Source of the DNA: Candidatus Micrarchaeota archaeon
GTDB taxonomy: Archaea > Micrarchaeota > Micrarchaeia > Norongarragalinales > Norongarragalinaceae
Direction of reading: 5' to 3'
DNA: 64,000 nucleotides
Assembly (NCBI GenBank): GCA_016207165.1
Contig: JACQQD010000008.1
Coordinates: forward strand, 112,386 to 176,385
The notes under the pieces are model-generated. The model was not told where the DNA came from. It ran no database searches and was given only the letters and a program-made list of their open reading frames with translations. This document shows positions 37,705 through 47,036 of this stretch, piece by piece; positions within the stretch are counted from its first letter, which is position 1, and each line of letters starts with the position of its first letter. The position numbers and the translations under genes were made by a program.

Positions 37705-39465
37705 TTATTTTTTGGGTGTGCGCGGGCTTTTGGTTCGCGTGCGGCCGAGTTCGTCTTCGTAGGTGGACGCGCTTCCGTCTTGTTTCCAGCCGCCTTGGGA
37801 TACCGGGATTTCCTTCATGCGTTGGTGGTAGCGTTGCATCACGGTTTGGACGTCGGCGTCTTTCCATAGTCCGCCGCCGTCCATGCCCCAGGGAACGGCC
37901 CAATTCCAGCTTTTCAGGATGGCGCGCAGGTTTTGGTCGACGTCGGCTTTCGTCTTGTTCTCGTCCAGCCACGTGATGGATCCGTCTTTGACGCCTTGGT
38001 CGCGGGCCAAGAGGATTTTGGTGTGCCAGTTTCGGCCCCATAACTTCAAGTCGCCGACGTGGAGCGCCTTTTCTTTCTCGGCTTTGCGTTCCATGAGCAC
38101 TTCCAAGAGGATGCGGTCGTTGACGCCGGTGTTCTTGTCCGTGACGTTGGCCTGGCCTTTTTTGGCCGCGGATTGGAAGGCGTCCACGATTTGGTTGGCG
38201 TACTGGGCAAACAGGCTTGGTTCCGGGGGTGGCGTGGGTCCGCCGCCCGTTACTTCAGGCGCCGGAGTCTTGGGCGACGGCGTTTTCGGCGAATCGGGGG
38301 CTGTGGGTGAAGGCGTGACGGCGACTGAAGTTGGCGTCGCGCTTCTCCGGATGGCTGGCGGCTCGGCTTGTTGGGCGAAGTATTGTTCGGTTGCTGGCGC
38401 CACGACTTTGGGCCCGCTTACGCCCGCCAGCATGGTGGCCATGACGCCGACGGCCGCCCAGTTTTGAGCTTTGGCGGATTGGGAGAGTCTTTTGACCCAG
38501 GATTCGGCTTGCCCTGGGGTTTGGATGCCTTGCAGGGCCTTGTCCACGCCTTGCTCTTCGATGATGTGGACGATGAACGCGTGGTTGATGTCTCTGCGCA
38601 ATGCCAAGTTTTCGGCCAGGTCGTATCCGTAGCGCGAGCCGATGTGGTGTTTGAACAAAAGCTCCGCGATTTTGCGTTCGGCGTGTCCGCGGCCAAAGAG
38701 GCCTTGGACTTGGAACATGTCGCTCAGGTGCTGGGGTCCTCCGCCTTGTTTGTAAAACACTTTTCCGAGTGCGCGCTTCGTTTTGCCCCAGCCTTGCTTG
38801 ACGCCGTGCTTGAATTTGTTCAAGCGTCCTTCGGCAGGCAGGGCTTCTTGGGGTGCGGGTTCTGGGTGTTCTGAGAACTGTTCGAGAGCGGCTTGGTATT
38901 GGGCCAGCATTTGTTGGGGTGCGGCGTCGCGGTCCCATTCCAGGTTGCCGATGGTGGGGTGGTTTCCGCCGGTCAGTTCGTGCACGTCGTCGAGGTATTG
39001 TTGAAAGCTGAAGTGTTGTCCGAGGCCGAATCGGGCTCGGAATCTCTCGGATAAGTCGTCTTCGACGAATTGCTTGAGGCGGCGCGCGGTGGCTTGTTCT
39101 TGGGATTGTTTGCGTTGGGGGTGGCGTTCTTCTTCGCGTTCATGGCGGGCTTGCAGGCGAGCCGCTTTTTTCAAGATTTCTTGGACGGCGGATTCCAATT
39201 CGGCGTCGGCGTTGGCCACTCCCCGGGCGGTGGCCTCGGTGACGGCGTCATAGAAGTCTCGAGTCGTGTGGTCCTTGACTTCTCTTTCGATGGCGGCCTG
39301 GTACCTTTCCGCCAAGCCGTCCAGGGCGTGTTCGGTTTGCAGTCGAGCAAAGTCGTGGGCGGCTTCCCGGCTGGCGGAAAACTCGCCGAAGAATCTGGGC
39401 CAGTTGATGTTTTTGAGGTTTTCCCGGAACCGGTTCACGCTTTCCCGAATTTTTCGTAGGATCAT
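37705..39465 (-). CDS. Hypothetical bitopic membrane protein (586 aa), same architecture as 35490..37310
   Basis: TM NWAAVGVMATMLAGV. Linker PTSVAVTPSPTAPDSPKTPSPKTPAPE. Confidence 0.45.
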   Translation of the reverse strand: MILRKIRESVNRFRENLKNINWPRFFGEFSASREAAHDFARLQTEHALDGLAERYQAAIEREVKDHTTRDFYDAVTEATARGVANADAELESAVQEILKKAARLQARHEREEERHPQRKQSQEQATARRLKQFVEDDLSERFRARFGLGQHFSFQQYLDDVHELTGGNHPTIGNLEWDRDAAPQQMLAQYQAALEQFSEHPEPAPQEALPAEGRLNKFKHGVKQGWGKTKRALGKVFYKQGGGPQHLSDMFQVQGLFGRGHAERKIAELLFKHHIGSRYGYDLAENLALRRDINHAFIVHIIEEQGVDKALQGIQTPGQAESWVKRLSQSAKAQNWAAVGVMATMLAGVSGPKVVAPATEQYFAQQAEPPAIRRSATPTSVAVTPSPTAPDSPKTPSPKTPAPEVTGGGPTPPPEPSLFAQYANQIVDAFQSAAKKGQANVTDKNTGVNDRILLEVLMERKAEKEKALHVGDLKLWGRNWHTKILLARDQGVKDGSITWLDENKTKADVDQNLRAILKSWNWAVPWGMDGGGLWKDADVQTVMQRYHQRMKEIPVSQGGWKQDGSASTYEDELGRTRTKSPRTPKK

Positions 39466-40052
39466 GGTTTGGACTCCTGATGTCGGTCGTGCAACGCTTT
39501 TGCCGCGAGCATGACTTCTTTTTCATCTGCGGTAAGTTCTTCCAGCTCTTGTTTCCGGCGTCGTTCCGCTTTGGCCCATTCCCGGATTATCGCTTTGAGT
39601 CCTTCAGCGGTTCCACGCAGTTTTTGGCGTCGGGCGTATTCGGCGTCGTCCTCCGCATTTTTCACTCCTTGTTCGGCTTGGGCGAGGTGTTCCCGGATGC
39701 GGGTTTCGGCTTCTTCTCGATGTTCTTCCACTTGCTGCATGACGTGCTTCACAGCGGCCTGCGTCATTGGAGTAATGTGTTCTTCTTCCACTCCGGCTTT
39801 TCGGAGGGCGGCTTCGACTTCGGTCCACACGTGTTCGCCGTTTTCGCCGAAGATGTCTTCCAAGTGGCGGGCCGCAGCGGTTTGCAGTTGTCCGAACCGG
39901 TTGAAGTGGATGCCTTGCACGTCTGCGAAGGCGACGCGCATGCCGATGCGTCGCTGGAGCGTGAGCAGTTTTCTTCGGTTTTTCAACAGTTTTTCTCGGG
40001 TTAGCGCGTTGTCCAAGTCTTGGGGTGTTGTGCGGCGTCGTTCTTCTGGCAT
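39462..40052 (-). CDS. Coiled-coil protein (196 aa), basic N-terminus and acidic C-terminus
   Basis: 4 nt overlap with the downstream 586-aa gene. Confidence 0.4.
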   Translation of the reverse strand: MPEERRRTTPQDLDNALTREKLLKNRRKLLTLQRRIGMRVAFADVQGIHFNRFGQLQTAAARHLEDIFGENGEHVWTEVEAALRKAGVEEEHITPMTQAAVKHVMQQVEEHREEAETRIREHLAQAEQGVKNAEDDAEYARRQKLRGTAEGLKAIIREWAKAERRRKQELEELTADEKEVMLAAKALHDRHQESKP

Positions 40053-40099
40053 TGAAGTGTCTTAGGCATTTTTAGACTTAAAAAGGTGGCTTGTAGGTT

Positions 40100-40582
40100 T
40101 TAGAACAAGCGGTGGCTGTCGTCTTTGAGGAAGTCTTGGACTTCTTCCTCTTCTTGGCCTTGCGGGCTGGTCTGAGGCATGGAGAACATGTCCATGCCGC
40201 CGCCGGTGGCTGGAGGTGGAGTGGGTGGGGCGTGTTCCAGGGCCTCCAAAAGCGCGCGGTCCAAGTCGTTTTTGAGTTGCTGGTCCAAGACGTTGATGTC
40301 TTCTATAACCAGAAATACGTATTTGCCTTCCGCGATTTCCACGTCGGCGATCTTGTCTCTTAAGAAACTCATTTCGTGTTCGTTGTCGGATTCCGTGGTC
40401 ACTACGGCTACAATGGCGTCGACTTGTCGGCCGAAGAGCTTCTTGCAGGCGGCGGGAACCTTGAAGGGGTTGGGGCACGTGAATTTCTCGATTTGGACGT
40501 CGGCCTGCAAGTCGGCCAATTCGCTGAAAGCGGGGTAGGCGTCTTTGGAGTTGGTTTTGCAGTCAAGAAACCCGATGCGCAT
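40100..40582 (-). CDS. Archaeal-type riboflavin synthase-like (lumazine synthase fold) with a low-complexity C-terminal tail
   Basis: MRIGFLDCKTN..PAACKKLF..DAIVAVV resembles MJ1184-type RibC (PVACKKLL). Confidence 0.45.
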   Translation of the reverse strand: MRIGFLDCKTNSKDAYPAFSELADLQADVQIEKFTCPNPFKVPAACKKLFGRQVDAIVAVVTTESDNEHEMSFLRDKIADVEIAEGKYVFLVIEDINVLDQQLKNDLDRALLEALEHAPPTPPPATGGGMDMFSMPQTSPQGQEEEEVQDFLKDDSHRLF

Positions 40583-40796
40583 GGTGTATGGAGCAAACGG
40601 CGTGCAGGCTAATTAATGTTTTTGAGGTCTTTTGGACTCATGTAGCTTTGGGGGGTTTGCTTTCGTGAACTTAACGGCCCCTGCGTTGCGGAAGCGGCTG
40701 GAACCGCGTGGGTGGTCCGGGCCGAGCCGGACGCGGGAGGCAGGCGTTTTTATTCATGGGGCGTCCTTAGTGGCTTGTCTTTGGAGGTGGGCGTGA

Positions 40797-41132
40797 GTGC
40801 CTGGATTGTTGGCCGAGGCGTTGCATCGGCGTTTGGAAAAAATGGGTTTCAAGGATGTGGAGTTGAACAAGCGAGGGGGAGTAGTTCATGTTCCCTTGGA
40901 CGTCAATACGCGTTCAACCCGGCTTTTTGAGCACGTTGGCGGCGAGGGTTCCCGCGCGGAACGCCTCAAGCAAGCGTTGCATCAGCACGTTGGGGTTATC
41001 CGGGAGGCTTTGGGCGGGGGAAGTTTTACGTTGGAGGATGTGACTTCCCAGCCGCGTCGGCTCGGCGGCCCGCGTGAGGCTCAATACGATGTGAGCCACG
41101 TCTTGGGTTACAAAATTACTTTCCATGCTTAG
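40797..41132 (+). CDS. Questionable small ORF (111 aa) in a 545 bp region with no convincing gene
   Basis: No motif. Listed for completeness. Confidence 0.15.
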   Translation: MPGLLAEALHRRLEKMGFKDVELNKRGGVVHVPLDVNTRSTRLFEHVGGEGSRAERLKQALHQHVGVIREALGGGSFTLEDVTSQPRRLGGPREAQYDVSHVLGYKITFHA

Positions 41133-41785
41133 AGTCGCACGCAGGCGGTGGTGCGGTACAAGCGTTTTCCTTCGCGTTCGCCGATGAGTTTGCGGGTGTA
41201 CGTGGCGTCCAGGCGTAGCTGGGTCAACGCCTCAAGGCCGGGGCGTTTTTTGCCGACTTGGATATCGACGCCTTCTTTTTGTTGGACCACCTTGGTGACG
41301 AACGTCTTTTTCTCGATGAGGCGGACCAGTTGCGCCGAAATTTTCTGGGTTTTTTCCTTGGGTCCGCGGATTTGGATGACGGCTTCGTGGTAGCCTCCTG
41401 ACCGCAGGGAACAGTCGGGGCACATTTTCTTTTCCAGGGGCATGGCCAGGGAATATTTTTCGGCGACGGCTTGGCCGTCTACATTGAATTCCATGTCGAT
41501 TCTTGCCTCGACGTGCTTTTTGTCGGGCTGGTGGAATTGAATGCGGCAGTGCGTGAGGGCGTATTTGGACTGGATTTTTTCGCGGATGTGCGCGTGGAGA
41601 AAGTCGGAGGCAACCCACTCGCCTTTCAAGCGGATTCGCTCGCATTTTGGGCATTGCAGTAAGGAGATTTCCGGCAGGCTGAAGATGCGGTTGCGTTGGA
41701 TGAAGCAGTTCCTGCAAAACGATGCGAGGAAGGGCGTGTCGCGGCTTGACGCGCCGCATTGGGGGCAGATTCTTTCCATGTCCAT
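41129..41785 (-). CDS. NMD3-like zinc-ribbon protein (COG1499-like)
   Basis: Four CxxC pairs (CPQCG, CRNC, CPKCE, CPDC) in the N-terminal half. 218 aa. Confidence 0.4.
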   Translation of the reverse strand: MDMERICPQCGASSRDTPFLASFCRNCFIQRNRIFSLPEISLLQCPKCERIRLKGEWVASDFLHAHIREKIQSKYALTHCRIQFHQPDKKHVEARIDMEFNVDGQAVAEKYSLAMPLEKKMCPDCSLRSGGYHEAVIQIRGPKEKTQKISAQLVRLIEKKTFVTKVVQQKEGVDIQVGKKRPGLEALTQLRLDATYTRKLIGEREGKRLYRTTACVRL

Positions 41786-41891
41786 TGGGTCTTTGGGGCG
41801 TTGACTGGTTTTAAGCCATTGGGCTCGGGGTGGGGGGGCGGGCGTCGCTTGGCGTATTTTATATGCCGTTGCCGTAGAACTTCTCTATTGC

Positions 41892-43685
41892 ATGAAGCAG
41901 GATTTGCGGGGCAAGTTCGTGCACTTGTCCGACGTGTTGGTGGAGTTGCCGTCCGTCAAGAGGCTCTTGGCGTATTTGGTGGTTGCCGCGTTTTTCGCCG
42001 GATTTCTCATCCGCTTCAGTCACGGGCGCAGCCTGTTTGACGCGGCGCTGTTTGGGGGCCTGGAGGGGTTTTGGCTGTTGTTTTTGCCGGCGGTGCTGGC
42101 CGCCGCGCTGGCGTCGTCGCTTTACCACAACAAGTTTTTCCAGTACTTTCTGTCCACCTCCCTGGTTTCGGCCGTCGTCGTGGGCCTCTCGTACGTGTTG
42201 AGTGTCCTGGTTTTCAACCAGTTCAAGTTGGGTTTGAGTTTTCTGGCGTTGCTGGGCAACGCGTTCGGCTTGGTCATTTGGTTTGTGGCCGCGTACGTGA
42301 TTTTGTCTTCGCGGCCGGTCAAGGCGCTCGTCGTTTCCGTCGTCTACCCCGTGTTCAACATTGCGTTTCTGGTATCGTGGAACTTGCTGGGCGTGGCGGA
42401 GTCGTCGCTTCCCTTGGACGTGTCTTTCGTGACGTTGTTCAAGTTTGCCGTGGCCGCCGGCATCTTGTTGTTGTCGTTGGGCGCGCTTTTTTACGTGATC
42501 AATGCGCCGTCGCGCCGCAACTTCGGCGTGTCGACCATGCAGGCCCTCACGCTTTTTTTTGCGCAGTGGATTCAGGGGGACAAAGGATTGGAGGAGTTCT
42601 TGGGCCGGTTCGGTGAGCAAGTAACGACTCTGATTGGGGCTGTGGCTTTTAAGGCAAAATCCGGGAGGCTGAAAGCCGTTTTTTTGGTGCCGCACGTGCA
42701 TTTCGGTCCTTTCGGCAATTTGGGCGGCAGCGCGTTTCCGGCCGTGCTCTCGAAACGCTTGAAGCGGGTCTTTGGCGCGGAGACGTTTGTGTTCCATCCG
42801 CTGGTCACGCATGACTTGAATCCCGTGCACTCCAACCAGGCCACCCACTTGGGGAAAGAATGCGAGGCGCTGGTCTCGTCCTTGGCGTCGTTTTCTCCGA
42901 AGGGCTTCATCGCCGAAAGCCAGGTCCGGGAGAACCAAGTGGGCGTGATGGGTTTTGGAAGGAAAGCGTTTTTTTCCATTACGCGGGCGCCGCATTCCAC
43001 GGAGGACTTCGAGTTGTCCGTGGGCGTGGCGTTGCGCAACTTGGCGCTTCGGCGCTTTGACGACGCGTTGGTCGTCGACCGGCACAACAGTTTGACGGAT
43101 GGGGAGATGTATGACGTGGGCTCGGACGTGTACTACGCGTACGCCGACGCGCTTTCCGCCTTGGAACCCGAAGCCGAAGGGGTCTTGTCTCTGGGCGTTT
43201 CTTCGGATGCGTTGGAGGATTTCTCGTTGGAGCAGGGCCACGGGGCCGGTGGAATGAAAGTCGCGGTTTTGGGTTTCGGAAGGAAAAAGGCGTGCGTGGT
43301 GTGGGTGGACGCCAACAATGCGTTGCCGTCGTTTCGGGACGCCGTGCGGGAGCGCTTGAAAGAATTTGGCTTCGTGGACTTGTTCACGTCCGACACGCAT
43401 TCCGTCAACACCGTGGGCGGCATTCACAACCCGTTGGGCGCGCACCCGCGCCACCAGGAATTATTGGACCGGATTTCGGCGTGCGTGGCGCGTGCCGAAA
43501 AAGACGTGGAGCCGGTGTCCGCCGCCTTGTCGTCGCGGCGCGTGTCGTTGTCGGTGCTGGGCATCCAGCGGCAAGCCGAATTGGTCACCACCGTCAACGC
43601 CATTGTTTCCGTGGCGAAAATCGTGGCTCCGGTCATGTTCTTTTTGGCGTTGGTGTTGGTCTTCTTCGCGTTTCTGGTGCTCTGA
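41892..43685 (+). CDS. Polytopic membrane protein with soluble C-terminal domain (DUF2070-like)
   Basis: About 8 TM in the first 300 aa. 597 aa. Confidence 0.5.
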   Translation: MKQDLRGKFVHLSDVLVELPSVKRLLAYLVVAAFFAGFLIRFSHGRSLFDAALFGGLEGFWLLFLPAVLAAALASSLYHNKFFQYFLSTSLVSAVVVGLSYVLSVLVFNQFKLGLSFLALLGNAFGLVIWFVAAYVILSSRPVKALVVSVVYPVFNIAFLVSWNLLGVAESSLPLDVSFVTLFKFAVAAGILLLSLGALFYVINAPSRRNFGVSTMQALTLFFAQWIQGDKGLEEFLGRFGEQVTTLIGAVAFKAKSGRLKAVFLVPHVHFGPFGNLGGSAFPAVLSKRLKRVFGAETFVFHPLVTHDLNPVHSNQATHLGKECEALVSSLASFSPKGFIAESQVRENQVGVMGFGRKAFFSITRAPHSTEDFELSVGVALRNLALRRFDDALVVDRHNSLTDGEMYDVGSDVYYAYADALSALEPEAEGVLSLGVSSDALEDFSLEQGHGAGGMKVAVLGFGRKKACVVWVDANNALPSFRDAVRERLKEFGFVDLFTSDTHSVNTVGGIHNPLGAHPRHQELLDRISACVARAEKDVEPVSAALSSRRVSLSVLGIQRQAELVTTVNAIVSVAKIVAPVMFFLALVLVFFAFLVL

Positions 43686-43689
43686 GTTT

Positions 43690-44844
43690 ATGCGGATTGG
43701 TTTTTTTACGGATACGTTTTTGCCGAACATCGACGGCGTGGTCACGTCCATTCAGAACGCGCGCGGGTTTTTGACGCGCCACGGGCACGACGTGTACGTG
43801 TTTTCGGCGGGAAGCAAAAGCGACGCGGCTCAGAACGCGGACGAAAACGTGTTTTTCTTCCGTTCCATCGCGTTTCCGCCGTACCCCATGTACAAGCTGG
43901 CCTTGTTTCCGTATTTGGGTGCGGTAAGCAAGGCCAGGGAAAAGAAGTTGGATGTCGTGCACTGTCACGCCATCACGTCCATGGGATTGGCGGCTCGGCG
44001 GGTGGCTGGGCAATTGGACTTGCCTTTGGTGGGCACGTTTCACACCATGATTACCGACGCGACGCAGTACGTTACGCGCAACCAGTGGATCAAGTCGCGG
44101 GCGTCGAAAGTCGTGTGGAGGGGCATCTCGCTTTTCTACAAGCCGTTTGACGCGGTGACGGCGCCCTCGCAGGTGACCGCCGACTTGTTGGAAAAGCACG
44201 GCGTTGCGCGCGTCAGGGTGGTGCCCAACGGCGTGGACGTGCACCGTTTTTCGCCGGACTTGGATTCCAGGGTGGTGCGGAGCCTTTTGGGGTTGGAAGA
44301 CGACGAGGCCATGGTGTTGGTGGCCGGCCGGTTGGGTTTTGAAAAGAACGTGGACGTCGTCATCCAGGCCGCCCAGCGCGTGCTGAAAAAAAGGAAGGCG
44401 CGGTTCGTGGTGACGGGCGACGGGCCGGCTCGGCCGTCGCTTCAGGCGTTGGCGAAAAAAGCCGGGGTTCGTGACGCGTTCGAGTTCGAGGGTTTCGTGA
44501 ACTCCAAGGCGTTGCCGTATTATTATGCGGCGGCGGACGTGTTGGTTTCCGCGTCGGCATTTGAGACGCAGGGCTTATCGATTTTGGAGGCCATGGCGGC
44601 CGGCTGTCCGGCGGTTGGAGCCAACGCGTTGGCGATTCCGGAGGCCATTGCCGACGGTCGAAACGGGTTCTTGTTTGAGCCGTTCAACGCAAGCGATTGC
44701 GCGGACAAGGTTTTGGCGGTGTTGGACGCCGATTCGAGGCAGTCGTCCAACTTGTCGAGGGCCGCCCGCAGGACGGCGGAAGGCTATTCCTTGGAGAAAA
44801 CGGGCGGGGAATGGTTGGACGTGTATGAATCCGTGATGGGTTAG
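43690..44844 (+). CDS. Glycosyltransferase family 4
   Basis: Start MRIGFFTDTFLPNIDGV. Motifs ETQGLSILEAMAAGCPAV and EGF. Confidence 0.7.
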   Translation: MRIGFFTDTFLPNIDGVVTSIQNARGFLTRHGHDVYVFSAGSKSDAAQNADENVFFFRSIAFPPYPMYKLALFPYLGAVSKAREKKLDVVHCHAITSMGLAARRVAGQLDLPLVGTFHTMITDATQYVTRNQWIKSRASKVVWRGISLFYKPFDAVTAPSQVTADLLEKHGVARVRVVPNGVDVHRFSPDLDSRVVRSLLGLEDDEAMVLVAGRLGFEKNVDVVIQAAQRVLKKRKARFVVTGDGPARPSLQALAKKAGVRDAFEFEGFVNSKALPYYYAAADVLVSASAFETQGLSILEAMAAGCPAVGANALAIPEAIADGRNGFLFEPFNASDCADKVLAVLDADSRQSSNLSRAARRTAEGYSLEKTGGEWLDVYESVMG

Positions 44845-45485
44845 GCGTCCAGCCGGCTTTCGATTTGTTCTTTGGAGTGGAATCCTTCGAGTTTTTCGGC
44901 GTTTAAAACCAGGGTGGGGTACCGCGTGACTTGGTGGATTTCTTTTAGGGCGTTGACTGCCGGCATGTTCAAGCTGGAGTCCAGGGCGTAAATCAAGAGT
45001 TCGGGGCGGTCTTTTTTCAGGGGCGGGCCTACCAGGCCTTGTTTGAGGCATTCGGCGCAGTCTTTCGTGTAGAAATACAAGAGGGTCTGCGTCTTGGCTC
45101 CGCATTCCTCTTTGATTTTTTGGGTCAACAGGTAGTCGCGGACTTGTTTGAGGGTGTACTCGCGTTTGAGTTTCAAGACGTTTTCGTCGCTGGGGCCTTG
45201 GCTGTGCTCAAGGGCGTCGATTTTGACGCCGAATGCCGTGGTTTCCAAGTCAAATTCCGAAAGCGTGGATTGGTAGAAGGGGCACAGCGTGGTGGTGGAG
45301 TTGGGGTTGAACAGCAACAGCACTTCCAGTTCTCCGGTGCGGCTTTGCAAAAGCGAGAGCTCCGAGGCCAGCTGGTTGGAGGCGTCCTCTGCAATGAAGG
45401 CGCCGGTGAGGATGCCGACGGCGAACAAAAACGCGGAGATGGCAAACGCCGCGGCGTAGGTTTTCCAGGAAATGCTTCGCATCAA
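44841..45485 (-). CDS. Membrane-anchored thioredoxin-like protein (CAEC)
   Basis: N-terminal TM, then a thioredoxin-fold-like region with CAEC. Confidence 0.45.
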   Translation of the reverse strand: MMRSISWKTYAAAFAISAFLFAVGILTGAFIAEDASNQLASELSLLQSRTGELEVLLLFNPNSTTTLCPFYQSTLSEFDLETTAFGVKIDALEHSQGPSDENVLKLKREYTLKQVRDYLLTQKIKEECGAKTQTLLYFYTKDCAECLKQGLVGPPLKKDRPELLIYALDSSLNMPAVNALKEIHQVTRYPTLVLNAEKLEGFHSKEQIESRLDA

Positions 45486-45529
45486 TGGTTTGAACCCCTT
45501 TTACCGTTTTAAGTGCTTTGGGCAACCGC

Positions 45530-46723
45530 CTACCACTTGAGTTTTTCTCTCCGAAGTTCGCGAAAGGCGGTGACCAGCCAGAAAAACGTGATGAGCGGCG
45601 TGTAGATCAACAGGTACAGCGCCAGGACGGGGGTGGAGAGGCGTTCGCCTTGCATTTGACGGATGCCCAGGTACGCCCACGCGACGGTGGCCGTGAAGAT
45701 CAAAACGCCAAGGACGTGTAGGGGAGTGAGGCCAAGGTAGATGTTTTCCAAGCCGTAGGCGAAGAGTTCCCCGACGGTTCCGCTGAATACGGCGTACAGC
45801 ATGAGCAAGAAGACGATGAATACGGCGAAGATGCTTAAAATCGCCAGGGGCATGACCAGCAAGCCAAAGTCTCCGTACTTGGGGGAGACCAAGTACCAAT
45901 GTTTGATGATGTTTCGGATGCCGCCGCGGTGCCAGCGCACGCGTTGGTTGACCAGGGCGTTGAGGGTTTTTGGCACGCGCGTGTACACTACGGCGTCAAG
46001 GCTGGAGGCGATTTGGTATTGGTGGCCTTGGATGCGGTACGCCATTTCTTGGTCTTCCAAAATGTTGCCTTCGTCGTAGCCGCCCACTTCGTCAAAGACG
46101 TTTCGGCGGAACATGCTGAGCGGCCCTGGGGTGACGGTGACGGAGTGGATGAAGGACTGGAGTTTTCTTGAAAAAACGGTGAGCAGGTACTCGACGCGCT
46201 GGAGTTTTTCCAACACGGTCTTGGGTTGGTACACTTTCATCAGGGGCGTGACGGCCGCGACTTTCGGGTCGGAAAAGTATCCCACCATGTGAAGGAGAGC
46301 GTCTTTTTGAATGAAGGAGTCCGCGTCCAAGGTGGCCACGAGTTCGGTCTTGGTTTTGGACAAGGCGTTGTTCAGGGCCCGGGCTTTGCCCGCGTTTTTC
46401 TGGCGGATCAACGTCACGTTCTTGTGTTTTTCGGCGAACGGCCGTGCAATCATTGGGGTTCTGTCTTTGGAGCCGTCGTCCACCACGATGATGTTCTTGA
46501 CCCCTTTTTTGTAGTCCACGTCCAAGACGGATTGGATGGTTTGCGCGAGGCCGTCTTCTTCGTTGTACGCGGGAATGATGATGGTCAAGGACGGGAGTTT
46601 CTTGGGTGGTTTTGGGGATTCGCGGACGCGTTCGCGGTTTTCCAGGTACACCAAGATAAAAAATACGGTGGCAAACAGCGTCAAAAAAGACAGTCCGTAG
46701 GCCAAAAGCAACCGGATTTCCAT
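45530..46723 (-). CDS. Processive family-2 glycosyltransferase (QxxRW-type)
   Basis: Motifs IIIPAYNEE, VVDDGSKD and QRVRWHRGG. TM helices at both ends. Confidence 0.7.
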   Translation of the reverse strand: MEIRLLLAYGLSFLTLFATVFFILVYLENRERVRESPKPPKKLPSLTIIIPAYNEEDGLAQTIQSVLDVDYKKGVKNIIVVDDGSKDRTPMIARPFAEKHKNVTLIRQKNAGKARALNNALSKTKTELVATLDADSFIQKDALLHMVGYFSDPKVAAVTPLMKVYQPKTVLEKLQRVEYLLTVFSRKLQSFIHSVTVTPGPLSMFRRNVFDEVGGYDEGNILEDQEMAYRIQGHQYQIASSLDAVVYTRVPKTLNALVNQRVRWHRGGIRNIIKHWYLVSPKYGDFGLLVMPLAILSIFAVFIVFLLMLYAVFSGTVGELFAYGLENIYLGLTPLHVLGVLIFTATVAWAYLGIRQMQGERLSTPVLALYLLIYTPLITFFWLVTAFRELRREKLKW

Positions 46724-46748
46724 ATGGATTTTTTTTGTTTTCCTGGCT

Positions 46749-47036
46749 TTAAGAGCCCGCGTGGTGCGCTTTTTCCCAGTGCTTTCCTAGGTATTCGAAC
46801 ATCTCGTGAAAGGTTTCCAGTTCCCGGCGAAACTGGGGGACGTACATTCGCGCGCTTTCGCGTGGGTCGCCTTCCAGTTTTTCGATTTTTTCACCGTGGT
46901 CTCGAATGTATCGTTTGAGTCTTTCTTCCAACTGCGGGTAGTCAACGGTGCCCTCGTCGCTCATGAGCCTGAATCCGATGTGTAGTTCCGGCTTTTTTTC
47001 CTTGACGTATTCCAGGAAACGTTTGATGTGACTCAC
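46749..47036 (-). CDS. Hypothetical small protein
   Basis: 95 aa. 4 nt overlap with the upstream GT2 gene. Confidence 0.3.
   Translation of the reverse strand: MSHIKRFLEYVKEKKPELHIGFRLMSDEGTVDYPQLEERLKRYIRDHGEKIEKLEGDPRESARMYVPQFRRELETFHEMFEYLGKHWEKAHHAGS

Noticed and set aside
40583-41128. RNase P RNA or SRP RNA in the gene-poor 545 bp region
   Set aside because: I could not find the conserved P4 (GGAAAGUCCGG...CCGGCUUA) or SRP helix-8 (GGUCCGGAAGGAAGCAGC) signatures by eye. It is kept only as a low-confidence finding.
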